Shown here: positions 14,527 to 25,099 of the stretch, in pieces
Position numbering within the stretch: the first letter of the stretch is position 1
Layout: each line of letters starts with the position of its first letter
Origin: Eremomyces bilateralis CBS 781.70
Taxonomy: Eukaryota
Length of the DNA stretch: 64,000 nt
Direction: 5' to 3' (one strand)
Assembly: GCA_010015585.1 (NCBI GenBank)
Contig: ML975172.1
Position numbers and translations under genes: made by a program
Notes under the pieces: model-generated
What the model was told of the DNA's origin: nothing
The model's input: only the letters and a program-made list of their open reading frames with translations
Database searches by the model: none

Positions 14527-15622
14527 GTGTCCACCACCAGCGGTTTTGCTGTTCAACCCCGAGCGGCCTACCCATCACCATCCCATAGCGACGGGGCCAG
14601 CAGTGTTCCCGATATCAACAAAGCTCAAAATGTCACCTTTCGTCATCCCGGATACCCTGACGGAGCTAATATCCTGCTCATACTACCCGTGCACGATGGC
14701 CCTGGCGGAGGTATTCACCACGACTTTGCGTGGACCGCTTGTGCTGTTGTTGCGAACTGCGCATGGAGGAGTTTCCTGTCCGAGAGGCGAGATGGGCAAA
14801 GCGTTGATGTGGGAAAAGACAGCCTCTTGAAGGAGAGTGATTACTACTTTCGATTAACAGATGATGAGGGTCAAAGTGCGTAGTAGACGCGAGCATATGC
14901 ATCAGGTGCTGATGGCCATCTGTATGGACATTGAGAAGTATCCTATTGTCGTATCCTTCGCCCATTTCAAGTTCCCGCACCGCAACCTTCCGCCATGCTG
15001 GACCTCCGAAGGTCTTCGAATTCCTATATCGAACTACCAATCACGTCCGACCAGCCTCTCAGATATACTTCTAGTGCGCGATAGATCCTGTCGAGTTACC
15101 GACCACTACGAAGGTACTGAAGACGTGCATCTCATCCCGCTCGTCGAGGAACGTTGGTTCAGATCAAACGAAATGTTGAAATGCACTTCTCGCCCGCTTC
15201 CATCGGTCACTTCGGCTGACGACCCTCGCAACTCTCTACTACTGCGCTCCGATCTACACTCTACCTTCGACGCGAAACGCTAGGTCGTGGTCCCGAAGGC
15301 AGAAACCTGGGTAGTCCACGTGCTAGATCCTAGCCCATCAAGGCAGTTTTTAAGCTTATACCACAACGTGACGTTGCAGCTGCTCGAGGACGTGTCGGTT
15401 GAGTATTTGTTCGCACGATTTGCTTCGACGATCTTGACCCAACTCGCATTTACTGGTTTTGCTGGGCGACGGAATCTAGTTATTGTAGACATGGAAGACC
15501 AGTCGAGTAATATCGAGGAGCTCACGGGCGAACAGTGGGCAGGGCTCTTCCCTCTTCGAACGAGGAGCAGGAGCCAGAGTCCTACAAAGAGAGCGGTAGG
15601 AAGTAGCAGAAGAGGATCTTAA
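14527..15622 (+). pseudogene. Fungal HNH-endonuclease-like gene, interrupted
   Basis: FRHPGYP N-terminal region, RDRSCRVT..HLIP..EERWF and RNSLLLRSDLHSTFD. An in-frame TAG at 15281-15283 is followed by VVVPK..EYLFARFA. Confidence 0.72.
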
Positions 15623-17600
15623 CGAAGAAGAATAGCCCGAGCCCCGGGGTTGAAGGAGAAAGAGGAGTTTGAAGCTTTCTACTCCCACTTGGTCATCTAG
15701 GGAGGATGCTTTCACGACGGAAGTCGAAGCAGTATAGGGACAAGTACGGAAGAATTGTCTCTCGAAAAGAAGACGACTTTTACAGCAAGAGCCTAGAACG
15801 ACTGGAACACCCGGCGAGAGTGTGGATAAGGAGATCTTGGATACATAGCCGAAATAACGGCCAGTGGAATGAGTACTTTGAGTGAACGTGAGTATCTCCC
15901 GAAGATGGTAGTAGCACATTCAATCCGAAGATCGAACAGTTAACTTCGCACAGTGAATGACAATATGCCCGCTCATCCGTACTAAATGTCCTATAGAGCT
16001 ACGTATGATCAACTGTCGTAATAAGAATGAAAATGAACGGAAGGAAGGAGTAAAAATAAAATCTCCTTCGTGCAGCGGCGAGGACCCTTGTCAACCCCCA
16101 AAAGGAGGCTCGCTCGGGGGCGTAATTAGTTGACCGAAAAGGTCACCCTCGCCGCATAGGACAGAATAGTGGGATTTGTGAAGTCCCGAGTACCCGGAGA
16201 AAGGCTTATACAAACCTAATTAAGCACGTGGACGCACAAATCATCAGTAGCGTATTGGAAGACATTTTCTCCGGAATTACTCCCCAACCTTGCCGATCCT
16301 ACCACCAAGAGATTAAGAGCACTCTCCAAACAAAATCACCGTCCGGGTAAATACCCCCTTGCATCTCAGCACAAGTCATATATTGTGTGGAAACCCTTCA
16401 GGCATTGACCAACAGTGAAAGTGGTCAGTCGGTCCACCATTTCATGTTGCAGGGAGAAGGGTAATATGAGCCCTTTGGTCGTTAAATATCCATCTACGCC
16501 CATAAAAACAAGGTAATTCCTCTCCTGTTATAGCGGCGTTCTGGTAGCAGAAGGCGCCTACGTTTTGAAGGAGTAGAGCGTTATCATTTTGTGTCTAACA
16601 TTCTGCCATAATGCTCACAGTATTGGCCAAGCACGGCTGGAATAAAAGCAAGGAGAAAGTTTGTTATATTGAATTTTAAGTGTTCTTTTAGCTCAATTAT
16701 TTCCATGCCGAAGTTCTTTTACTATCCATACAGTACTTTTGAGATGTGCGGGCTGATCAAATTTGAAGCCCTGGTCAAAATCTGAACACCCTGCGTATCT
16801 ATTTATACAAATTGACTAACACTCAGGAGCTCTCGGTACATATCTTCCTGCCTAAGGAATGAGGAACATCATTTAATAGATCATCTTGCAATTCCTGAAG
16901 CAACGGCCCTATTGGTTGCGAGAGAAACTAGCGTTAGAACCACCGACCGATTCGCGCACCCAGGAAGCGTTCGAGTAACGTAGCAGCCGAAAGAAAGAAT
17001 ATTGGGAGTTATGGTGGCGGTCAATGTTGAGAAATTTACCTGAGAGAAATGGACCTGAGGAGAGGTTTGAGTTAGAGAGATTGATTTGAGGTAAGGTTGG
17101 AGTGCAAGAAGTATAGCGGGGAGGCGGGTGTACGAGAATTCCATAACCGTTTCGCTGCCGATCTCTTACGACTCGAACTTGCTCTCAATAAAGTCCAAGA
17201 TGTCCTCTATAGCTTACGAGGGCTGCGATGAGATTAAGGGAAGGGATCCGCTTAGGGCAAGTCATCTCGAGAAGTAGTGATTAATCAGTCGAATCAGTTG
17301 GATCACTAACTAAAGGTTCCCTACCCTGTTACACATTACGACGGCTACACTACAGCAAAACCAAGCTTATGTCACCTATACTAATTCAATTACGAATTCT
17401 GCAGCGGATAAGGTGATACATTTCATTCAAGGATATCACCAACGAGAAAATGCAGCTCGTTATCCCGTTAAATGTCGAGGCTTGAAGAGGGGGTTGCAAA
17501 CCAAGAGAAAGTTATAACTGAAATAGATCTAAGCGATCACAGGGTAAGAATTGCCATGCTACATCAAGTTCGAATGATCTTATAATAGTATAGTTCCGTC

Positions 17601-17834
17601 TGTTATGGTCCCAGGCCTGCGGCCTGTTCCCTTGGTTGTGGCTGAAGAGGTGGCTGGTGGATTATGGTATATCAGAGAAGCAAACAAACATGGTAACACA
17701 GCATTAGGGCAATGGAGAGGAGAGTCGCTATCTCGCGCACAAAGGAGCCGGGAGATTTCTTCTCTCCCTCTCTCTCTTCAGTTTAGATTAATGGAACTTG
17801 GTAATCGCAGACCTTGCGCATCCAGACCGTGTCA
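17601..17834. mobile_element. Solo LTR (copy 1), 234 bp
   Basis: TGTTATGG...CCGTGTCA termini and a 5-bp TSD CCGTC at 17596-17600 and 17835-17839. Near-identical to 22425-22654. Confidence 0.9.
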
Positions 17835-19153
17835 CCGTCGAAGACTAGAAGGAAATGATTTACGCTGCGATTATCCCTTGGTTGTACCTAAGCTGTTGCC
17901 CAATTTAGAAACCGACCATAATTTCTAGCCACTTCTTGCTTTGTTTCTTCGTAATCGGTTCTTCGCAATCGGTTCTTCATCCGAATTTACAGCGGGGATT
18001 TCCTGCTGGAGCATTTACTCGAGCAGGCCAGAGTCGTTCAATGGCCCTCCGATATCATCTGCTTTCCGCTTTCCAATTGCCCTCTTAGTCCGAAATTCGG
18101 ATATTGGTTGAACTCGCTTAGACGATCGTTGATGTTCACGCTATTTTAACCCAACGTTGCACAGACGAGGTGTGTAATGCTTCCCATGCATACGCTACAA
18201 GTGATCGCAAAAGGGTTATATTCCATCTTGAATCATTGGCTCGCAATCAGGAACTGGGCATTGACGAACTTGATCGAGGTGGCCCAGAGGTAAATGCTCA
18301 GCCTTGAATTGTGCTGTTAGAGTGTGACATTTCGAATATTACAACGGACGCCCAGTCGGATCGCAGAGGACGCATATAGGGCGTTCGGTGCCTCGATGGC
18401 CAGCAGGAGTATAGTGTTTGCCGTGCTGACGCTGCAAATGAGTAAAACGGAGATACGCCAGCGCCAACGGTCAAACCGTAGTCAGGAACTGGGCATTTAT
18501 GTCCTTTGTCTAGGTGACTATGTCGCAAATGTGTGACCAGAAAGTGTCTCATGAGAGACAAATGTTGTGAGAAAGATACAACTCTACCAGTCGGATCGCA
18601 AAGGACGCAAATAGACCGAGGACATGGATCTGGAGCGTTTCGGTCATGCCCCTTGCTTTTCTTCAAAAGGCGGGAATAGCTAGCCAGTAACTCAATAAAT
18701 GGAGCCTGACCTTCTTCATTAACGGGTGCTGCATCAACGAAGATGTCGCTGTTCGAAATCGGCGACTCGATAATAGTGATATGGCCACCTATCGCCCCGT
18801 GTATGTTGCACATTGCCAAAGTATTTCTCCCGCTTCTCTCGAATAACGAAGTCGGATAACCGGTCCAGTAAGTGGCGCTGTACCTTCTTATTGTCCTGGA
18901 GATCTTTGATATCTCGTCTCTCAAGAAGCTTTTTAAACTGTTCTTCATTCATGTGGCATGGGGCAATAGACGTAGAGAAAGAACTTTTGATGCTTGGAGC
19001 GTTGTGGGGAACTTCCATTGCTGCGTGTTTTTGCTTTTGGGACTTTTGGCCATATCTTTTTGACTGGAACAATAAAGAGGAAGGAGATTGAAAGCACCGA
19101 TCCGGACTTGATCGTCTGACTCCGGACTGGCAAAAAGAGAAGTGTAGTGCACC

Positions 19154-21985
19154 TAGGGATGTGTAAAGTGCGAAAAGTAAGGACCTTACCGTAAACTAGC
19201 CCTAGATTTCTGGAAAGGTTATTTTTTACCTTACATGACGGTATTATGCGCTAGCTTAATATGGTTAGTGTATTTTTTGTATCAATAGCACGCTAGTCGT
19301 ATATAGTTAGTAACAACGATTCTACCAAGGCCCCAAACTCCAAACCACCGTCATTTCTATCTACGATATCTTCACAAAACGACGTTTAATCTTAATATAC
19401 AATACATTTCTATAATGCCCTGATCAAAGGCTACAAAGCAATATTTATATCACATGAAAAAGTCTATGTTCTACTCACTTCAAACTGTCGCGTCTTCTTG
19501 TCAACTGTCGAGCCGAAAGATGATGCACGTTGCCTTGGGCAACGAGCTGGAATATTTGATGCATTTTCTGCCGCCGCCCATAGCCGTACGAAACCTAACT
19601 TATTATTATTATTATTTACATGAGCAGATTGCTCTCGATGAGCTGTATAATTTGATATGGATAAGACAATATCTAGACTAGGTTTTCGTTGGTTACGGGT
19701 ATGCCATTGCGTTGAGCATGAAAGTGCTCAACTTCTTGAATAAGTTTGTGGCCACTTTATTCATCAACTACAGAACTCAAAATAATTTCACCAAACATCG
19801 ATCAATTCGTACTTTTTTTACATCAAATTATTCGTCTTGATAAGCTCTACTACTCCATCTATTCAAATGCCCCCTAAAGATCGTCTTGTCTGGAAATATT
19901 TCGAGGAGCGCCCTGAGCTTGGCATACCGAAGCAAAAGTATTGTACACTTTGCAATAGATACAGCTGTCAATCGAACACCACCAGAGAACGCACACATCT
20001 CGTTACTATTTGCAAGGAAAATATGGAGGCAAAGGAATCAGAGAACAGAGGAAAGGATGAGATACAGAGAAAGAGGCCTCTTTCTCCAAATGAAGATGCT
20101 TCGCCTATTGTCAAAATACCCAGGCAAACGACGCTGACAGCAAACGGTATTACCTACCGTACGCAGGGCGAGAGACTGCAGGAGAGAATCGAGGCTCTTC
20201 TAACGCGGTTCATCGTGATGTCTGGATCTCCATTTTCACTTGTTGAAAACAGCGATTTCCAGAGTTTTATCAAGATACTCGATCCTGCCTTCAAACTCCC
20301 TAATCGCGAACGCCTCAGTGGTGAGCTCCTCGCCGACCTATATCACAAAACATCGCTTCAAGTCCAACACGTTATCGACCATCGACGCGACCATTTCAGC
20401 CTCAATTTCTGTCTGGACGAGTCGAATAACCAACAGAACGATCGCGTCTTGAACTTCTCCGTTGTCCATCCCGACTTTGGATCGCTTACACTCCATACAA
20501 GACCTGTCGATGCGCAAGCCTCCTTGACTGGGGAATTCTATTACGAATACTTCCGCTCGGTGGTAAAACCGGTGGTGAAAGGAGATTACAAGCGGATCAA
20601 CAGTATCTCGACGGATACCTGCAAGACAATGAGGAAGTTCTGGAAACTCTGTCAAAATGATGAAGAGCTATCGCATATCATCTGTGTACCTTGTCAATCT
20701 CACAGTTTAAACCTCCTCATTGGCGATATCATCAAGATGGACCATTTCCGCGATCATTTCACCACTTTCAAGAATCTCGTCCGCGACCTCTCGTCCTCAA
20801 ACAAAACCATCGGTGAGATTAAAAAGATACAGCAAGAGAACGGACGGAAATATATCGCTTTTGCTTCAGCGGTAGAGACGCGATGGGGAAGTCATATCGC
20901 GATGCTGAAATCGCTGCAGGCGAACAGAGATCCTATACAAGAATTCTTTTTCTCGCGATTACCTCTGCTTACCGGTGATGCGATTAAGAAGCTGAAACCG
21001 TACCGCGATGAGATTCTGGCCCCTGGTCTGTGGAATGAGCTTGATCGGACTCTCCACGTCCTTGATCCTATCACCAAGGCTCTGAAAAAGACGGAATCAT
21101 CTCGATTAGACATTGGGCGTGTCGTAAAGCTCTGGAACGACCTTAGGAAAGAGGTTGAGTCTGCAGGAATCCGGTTTGGTATGGATGCCTTCGCAGCGAA
21201 GCTCCTCGCGGTGTTTGATAAGCGATATCAAGACCAGCTGGATGTCTCATTTCACCACCTCGCGTTTTATATCCATCCAGAGTTTAGGAAAGAGCCTCTC
21301 CAAGCTGATTCGCTCGATCACATCAAAAGCACGATCCAGGATCTATTTTTTCCAGAGGAGGAAGATGTCCAGGCCTGCCTTGATGAGATTATGCTATTCA
21401 AGTCTTCATCGGGCATCTTTGCATCAAATAAGGACCTAGCGAAGCGAGTTGGTGATCCTGAGGGATACTGGAGGTTTGCGGAGGCTCTCCTTCATAGCAG
21501 TCGTATCGCTTCTATCGCTGCCCGCATCTTTTCAGCTCCAACGAGCTCAGTTCCATCTGAACGAGCGTTTTCTATTCAGAATCTCACGATGAGTGCGAAG
21601 CGCTCACGATTGGATCCAGAGAGATGTAATAAAATGATGTACATCTATATGAATAGGCGATCGATGGACGCGATGAAGCAGGAGCGAAAAGAACGCGGTG
21701 TATCGCAGATTGAGATGGAGGATCTCCTCCTCCAAATTGAGGAGGAAATCGGGCTGCGATATCACGCATTTGACGATGTCTAAATAGCTTCATAACTTCC
21801 TACTTCAGCGTGTTTTGAGTCTGAGATCTCCATCACTTATGGTTGTCTGTGAACATCATCAACCCGAGGTCGTATTACAAATTTGTATGGTAATGTGGGC
21901 CGGTAAAGTAAAAAATCTATAATACCGCCAAGACCCGTAATTACGGGCAATCTATCTTTCATACATCTTACATTACACACCCCTA
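19154..21985 (+). mobile_element. Full-length hAT DNA transposon, 2832 bp
   Basis: Imperfect TIRs TAGGGATGTGTAAAGT and ACATTACACACCCCTA. Perfect 8-bp TSD AGTGCACC at 19146-19153 and 21986-21993. Internal transposase gene. Confidence 0.95.
19867..21783 (+). CDS. hAT transposase, 638 aa, intronless
   Basis: BED finger (VWKYF..CTLC..HL), candidate DDE residues in CLDES, STDTC and PSERAFS, CxxH (CQSH), ETRW and a C-terminal dimerisation region. Confidence 0.93.
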   Translation: MPPKDRLVWKYFEERPELGIPKQKYCTLCNRYSCQSNTTRERTHLVTICKENMEAKESENRGKDEIQRKRPLSPNEDASPIVKIPRQTTLTANGITYRTQGERLQERIEALLTRFIVMSGSPFSLVENSDFQSFIKILDPAFKLPNRERLSGELLADLYHKTSLQVQHVIDHRRDHFSLNFCLDESNNQQNDRVLNFSVVHPDFGSLTLHTRPVDAQASLTGEFYYEYFRSVVKPVVKGDYKRINSISTDTCKTMRKFWKLCQNDEELSHIICVPCQSHSLNLLIGDIIKMDHFRDHFTTFKNLVRDLSSSNKTIGEIKKIQQENGRKYIAFASAVETRWGSHIAMLKSLQANRDPIQEFFFSRLPLLTGDAIKKLKPYRDEILAPGLWNELDRTLHVLDPITKALKKTESSRLDIGRVVKLWNDLRKEVESAGIRFGMDAFAAKLLAVFDKRYQDQLDVSFHHLAFYIHPEFRKEPLQADSLDHIKSTIQDLFFPEEEDVQACLDEIMLFKSSSGIFASNKDLAKRVGDPEGYWRFAEALLHSSRIASIAARIFSAPTSSVPSERAFSIQNLTMSAKRSRLDPERCNKMMYIYMNRRSMDAMKQERKERGVSQIEMEDLLLQIEEEIGLRYHAFDDV

Positions 21986-22424
21986 AGTGCACCCAATGGG
22001 CAGCCCACAATCTTTGCTTCAAGGCAACGCTGATTTAGTAGCTACTTCTCCGACATTAATTGCAAGTTTCAAAAATATATAATACTCCAAAGTTCGGAAA
22101 TGCAATTAAAAATTGACAATAACGACCCTACCGCGACTCGATCCGACCCCGACTCGATCGTGGGGCGTTTCACTAACAAAAAGAGAAGAGGCCCGCCCAA
22201 TGGACGATCCGTTCAGCTGTTGAGCTACTTCTCTGAACACAAATCGAAATTTCAAGAACATATACTCCGTAACACCAGTCATTAAACTGGTTGCCTAGCC
22301 CATGTAACTTCATTCTTCCTTCAGTGGACTGTGGAATAAATCTACTGCGGAGACTAGGAAGGCGATAGATGGTATTGCCGCCGCATGCTTGACTCTTACT
22401 ATGAATCATTCTATTTCTGGGTTT

Positions 22425-22654
22425 TGTTATGGAACAGGCCTGCGGCCTGTTCCCTTGGTTGTGGCTGAAGACGTGGCTGGTGGATTATATCAGAGAAGCA
22501 AACAAACATGGTAACACAGCATTAGGGCATTGGAGAGGAGAGTCGCTATCTCGCGCACAAAGGTGCCGGGAGATTCCTTATCTCTCTCTCTCTCTCTTCA
22601 GTTTAGATTAATGGAACTTGGTAATCGCAGACCTTGCGCATCCAGTCCGTGTCA
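22425..22654. mobile_element. Solo LTR (copy 2), 230 bp
   Basis: TG...CA termini and a 5-bp TSD GGTTT at 22420-22424 and 22655-22659. Same family and orientation as copy 1. Confidence 0.9.
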
Positions 22655-22994
22655 GGTTTTGGTGGTTTTGGATTGCAAAAGTCGTTACTCAAATTTGGCA
22701 GTTTTTTTGCGAGTTGTACGCCAAGCAATGTAACAATATATGCAACCGCCTGATTAAATTCGTCTCATTCAGAGCGGTATCCCTTTTGTCTCAAGGAATT
22801 CTTCTGATAGACAGTTACATCAGCGAGTTCTATACCTATTGAAATAAATCCCAAACTTCGTCTTATATCAAGGATTAATCGTAAGAAATCAACAAGAGAC
22901 TCGCATTACAAAACGCCATGCTGGATCATCCCAGAACACATAACTTCACAACCTCCCCTTTCCCCCTCCAACGCACCCCTCATCGATCCTGATA

Positions 22995-24134
22995 CTACGG
23001 CGGATTCCCCCCTTGCACCCGCTGAAAGTCCCTCGGATTATACTGATACCCCCCAACCCTCCCCCCCATCGCCTCCATCTCCTTCGCCCGCGCCCCTCCG
23101 TCCCCCTCTTCCCTCGCCTCCCCCACTGCCGGCAATTCCGCCGCGTACCCCTTATGATCCCCAGGTAGCCCCGGCGACCGGAACCCGCTCGTGTCCGACG
23201 AATACGACGTCGGGCGCGAGCTGCCCTGGCTGTGTGGGTCCGCCCATTGCGGGTCGGGCGAGCCGTGGGAGTATTCGGAGAGCTGTGCGGAGTGGCGTGG
23301 GTGGCCGGGGGAGGGTTTCGGGGTGTCGAGGGAGGCAGGGGAGGGGTGCGGGTAGTCGCCGGGGAGTTCCATGGGTTGGATGACTGGGGGGACGGGTTTA
23401 TAGTCGGGGTATTGGGCGTAATGCTGGTCTGGGGGGTGTTGGGAGAGGATGTTTTGCTGCGGGCGTTGGTACTGTAGACGCGGCGATTGCAAGGTCGCGG
23501 CGGCGATGACTGGCGACATTGGCCCGGCGGTATCGGATCGGTCGGCGGGATTGATGGTTTTCAGTTTCCCGTTCTCCATCATCGCGATCAGCGTGCCCGA
23601 GTCGATCAGCTCCGCCTTCTTCACCAGCCGGTCCACCAGCACCTTCGACGCCGCCTTCAGCTGCGCCTTGACGAACGACACCAGCGTGATGTTACACCGG
23701 ATCTCGATGTCCTCCCGCAGATACAGCCCCTCCGCCGGCGCGCCGATGCCCATCTCGCGCGTCTGCGACGGCTCGCCCGGCTGGGTGCCTGCGATGCGCC
23801 AATTGTTGCGTAGGTCGACGCTCATGGGAGCAAGGATGTGGGTTTGCAGGCCCCACGGCATGTCGTGGAAGCACCCCTTGAAGGTGATCTGGCCAGAGCC
23901 CATCTTCCCGAGGCCGGGCACGAACTGCACGCGCTCGGCGATCTCGTACCAGGTGGCGTAGAACTCATCGGCTTCGGCATTGCGGGGGGGCTTGGTTGGC
24001 TGGTGGCCGGTGACGAGCGGGTTGAGGGTGATGATCTCGCTGTGGGAGTGGAGGATGTCGATGGCGAGTTGGCGGGGAATGTGGGAGGGGATCGGGGTGA
24101 TGTTGGTGTAGACATCCTTCTTTCGTAGAACCAT
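22995..24134 (-). CDS. Conserved fungal protein (DUF7053-like N-terminal domain, Pro/Ser-rich tail)
   Basis: 379-aa ATG ORF with strong codon bias. The ITPIPSHIPRQLAIDILHSH..ITLNPLV pattern was recalled from this family. Confidence 0.8.
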   Translation of the reverse strand: MVLRKKDVYTNITPIPSHIPRQLAIDILHSHSEIITLNPLVTGHQPTKPPRNAEADEFYATWYEIAERVQFVPGLGKMGSGQITFKGCFHDMPWGLQTHILAPMSVDLRNNWRIAGTQPGEPSQTREMGIGAPAEGLYLREDIEIRCNITLVSFVKAQLKAASKVLVDRLVKKAELIDSGTLIAMMENGKLKTINPADRSDTAGPMSPVIAAATLQSPRLQYQRPQQNILSQHPPDQHYAQYPDYKPVPPVIQPMELPGDYPHPSPASLDTPKPSPGHPRHSAQLSEYSHGSPDPQWADPHSQGSSRPTSYSSDTSGFRSPGLPGDHKGYAAELPAVGEAREEGDGGARAKEMEAMGGRVGGYQYNPRDFQRVQGGNPP

Positions 24135-25099
24135 GGTCGCGGATCGGTTTCGTCGAAGGTGCTGTTGAAACTTGAACCCTGAGCCCCAGACTGTGGAGAA
24201 GTGATCCCTTGTTCAGCCTTATCGACTCGTCTGGTAGTTCCCGCAGCGTCGGTCCCGCCAAATGCTATCTCGATGTTTTCAACGCGAAGAAGATCCGTTC
24301 TGATTCCAGGGAAAATCGTCGTTCAGCGCAAAGTCAGCTACAAAAAGGCAAAAGATCAGAAACAGGGGATGGCTCAACATTGGATCAATAAGCAATAAGC
24401 ATAAAATCTAGGTCGCTCCAAGTGCTGACACCACGTGATGTCATTATCAGCTCCAACTGCTAACAAATGTTGGACGGAGATATACGATCCGCGGTGGCAT
24501 GCCAGTTTCTGCTTGCCTGGTGGAACTAAGGGAACTGCGCCGCCACAAGACGCAAGCACAAGACGCAAGCGCCTGGATCTGCCACCCGAATAACAACGAG
24601 CCTCTGATATGGTGATTGGCAGCATATATATGCTAACATCACGCTCGTTAATGCAGTACTGACTAGTACCTAGGGAACAGTGCCCTTCTGAGATACCCAA
24701 CCGTCACCAGGCAGCAAACCCATGCAGTTTCATATATGAATAGTATATATAGAAGTATTCCACAGGCCAATCTATCATTCCAAATGCCGACCATGAACAG
24801 GGGCCAGGAAAGCAAAGGGGGTATCCCATGCCTCGTACATAACTATCCGAGCGAGTGACCTTCAGCTTGTTGATCCACCAAGCCAGATTTCATCCGCAAC
24901 GTGCTCTCTCGTCCTCTAAAAACCATCTAACCTTAGAAATAAAATTCCATCGTATCTCATCCATGTAATATCCTCGTTCCTTCCCCGGTAATCGCCGCCT
25001 CGGGTCATACCTCATAAAACACCTAGATTCTCACCGTCCTTCAAATCATCCGATATCTGCAGTCATCGCTACCCACCGCCACCCCCCCACCGGAACCCC

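Larger units (their letters stand above)
18150..22050 (-). pseudogene. Decayed DUF3435-like tyrosine recombinase (Starship captain-like) C-terminal part, split by the hAT insertion
   Basis: Broken frames read APCHMNEEQFKKLLERRDIKDL..VIREKREKYFGNV, CVLC..SFSQHLSLMRHF..H, CPVPD (twice) and FCDHL*RMHGKHYTP. This resembles, from memory, the C-terminus of DUF3435/'FluG-domain' proteins. The reading frames continue across the hAT TSD. Confidence 0.5.

Noticed and set aside
17601..22654. One full-length LTR retrotransposon bounded by the two LTRs
   Set aside because: Each LTR has its own different TSD, and the interior has no gag, RT or integrase sequence.
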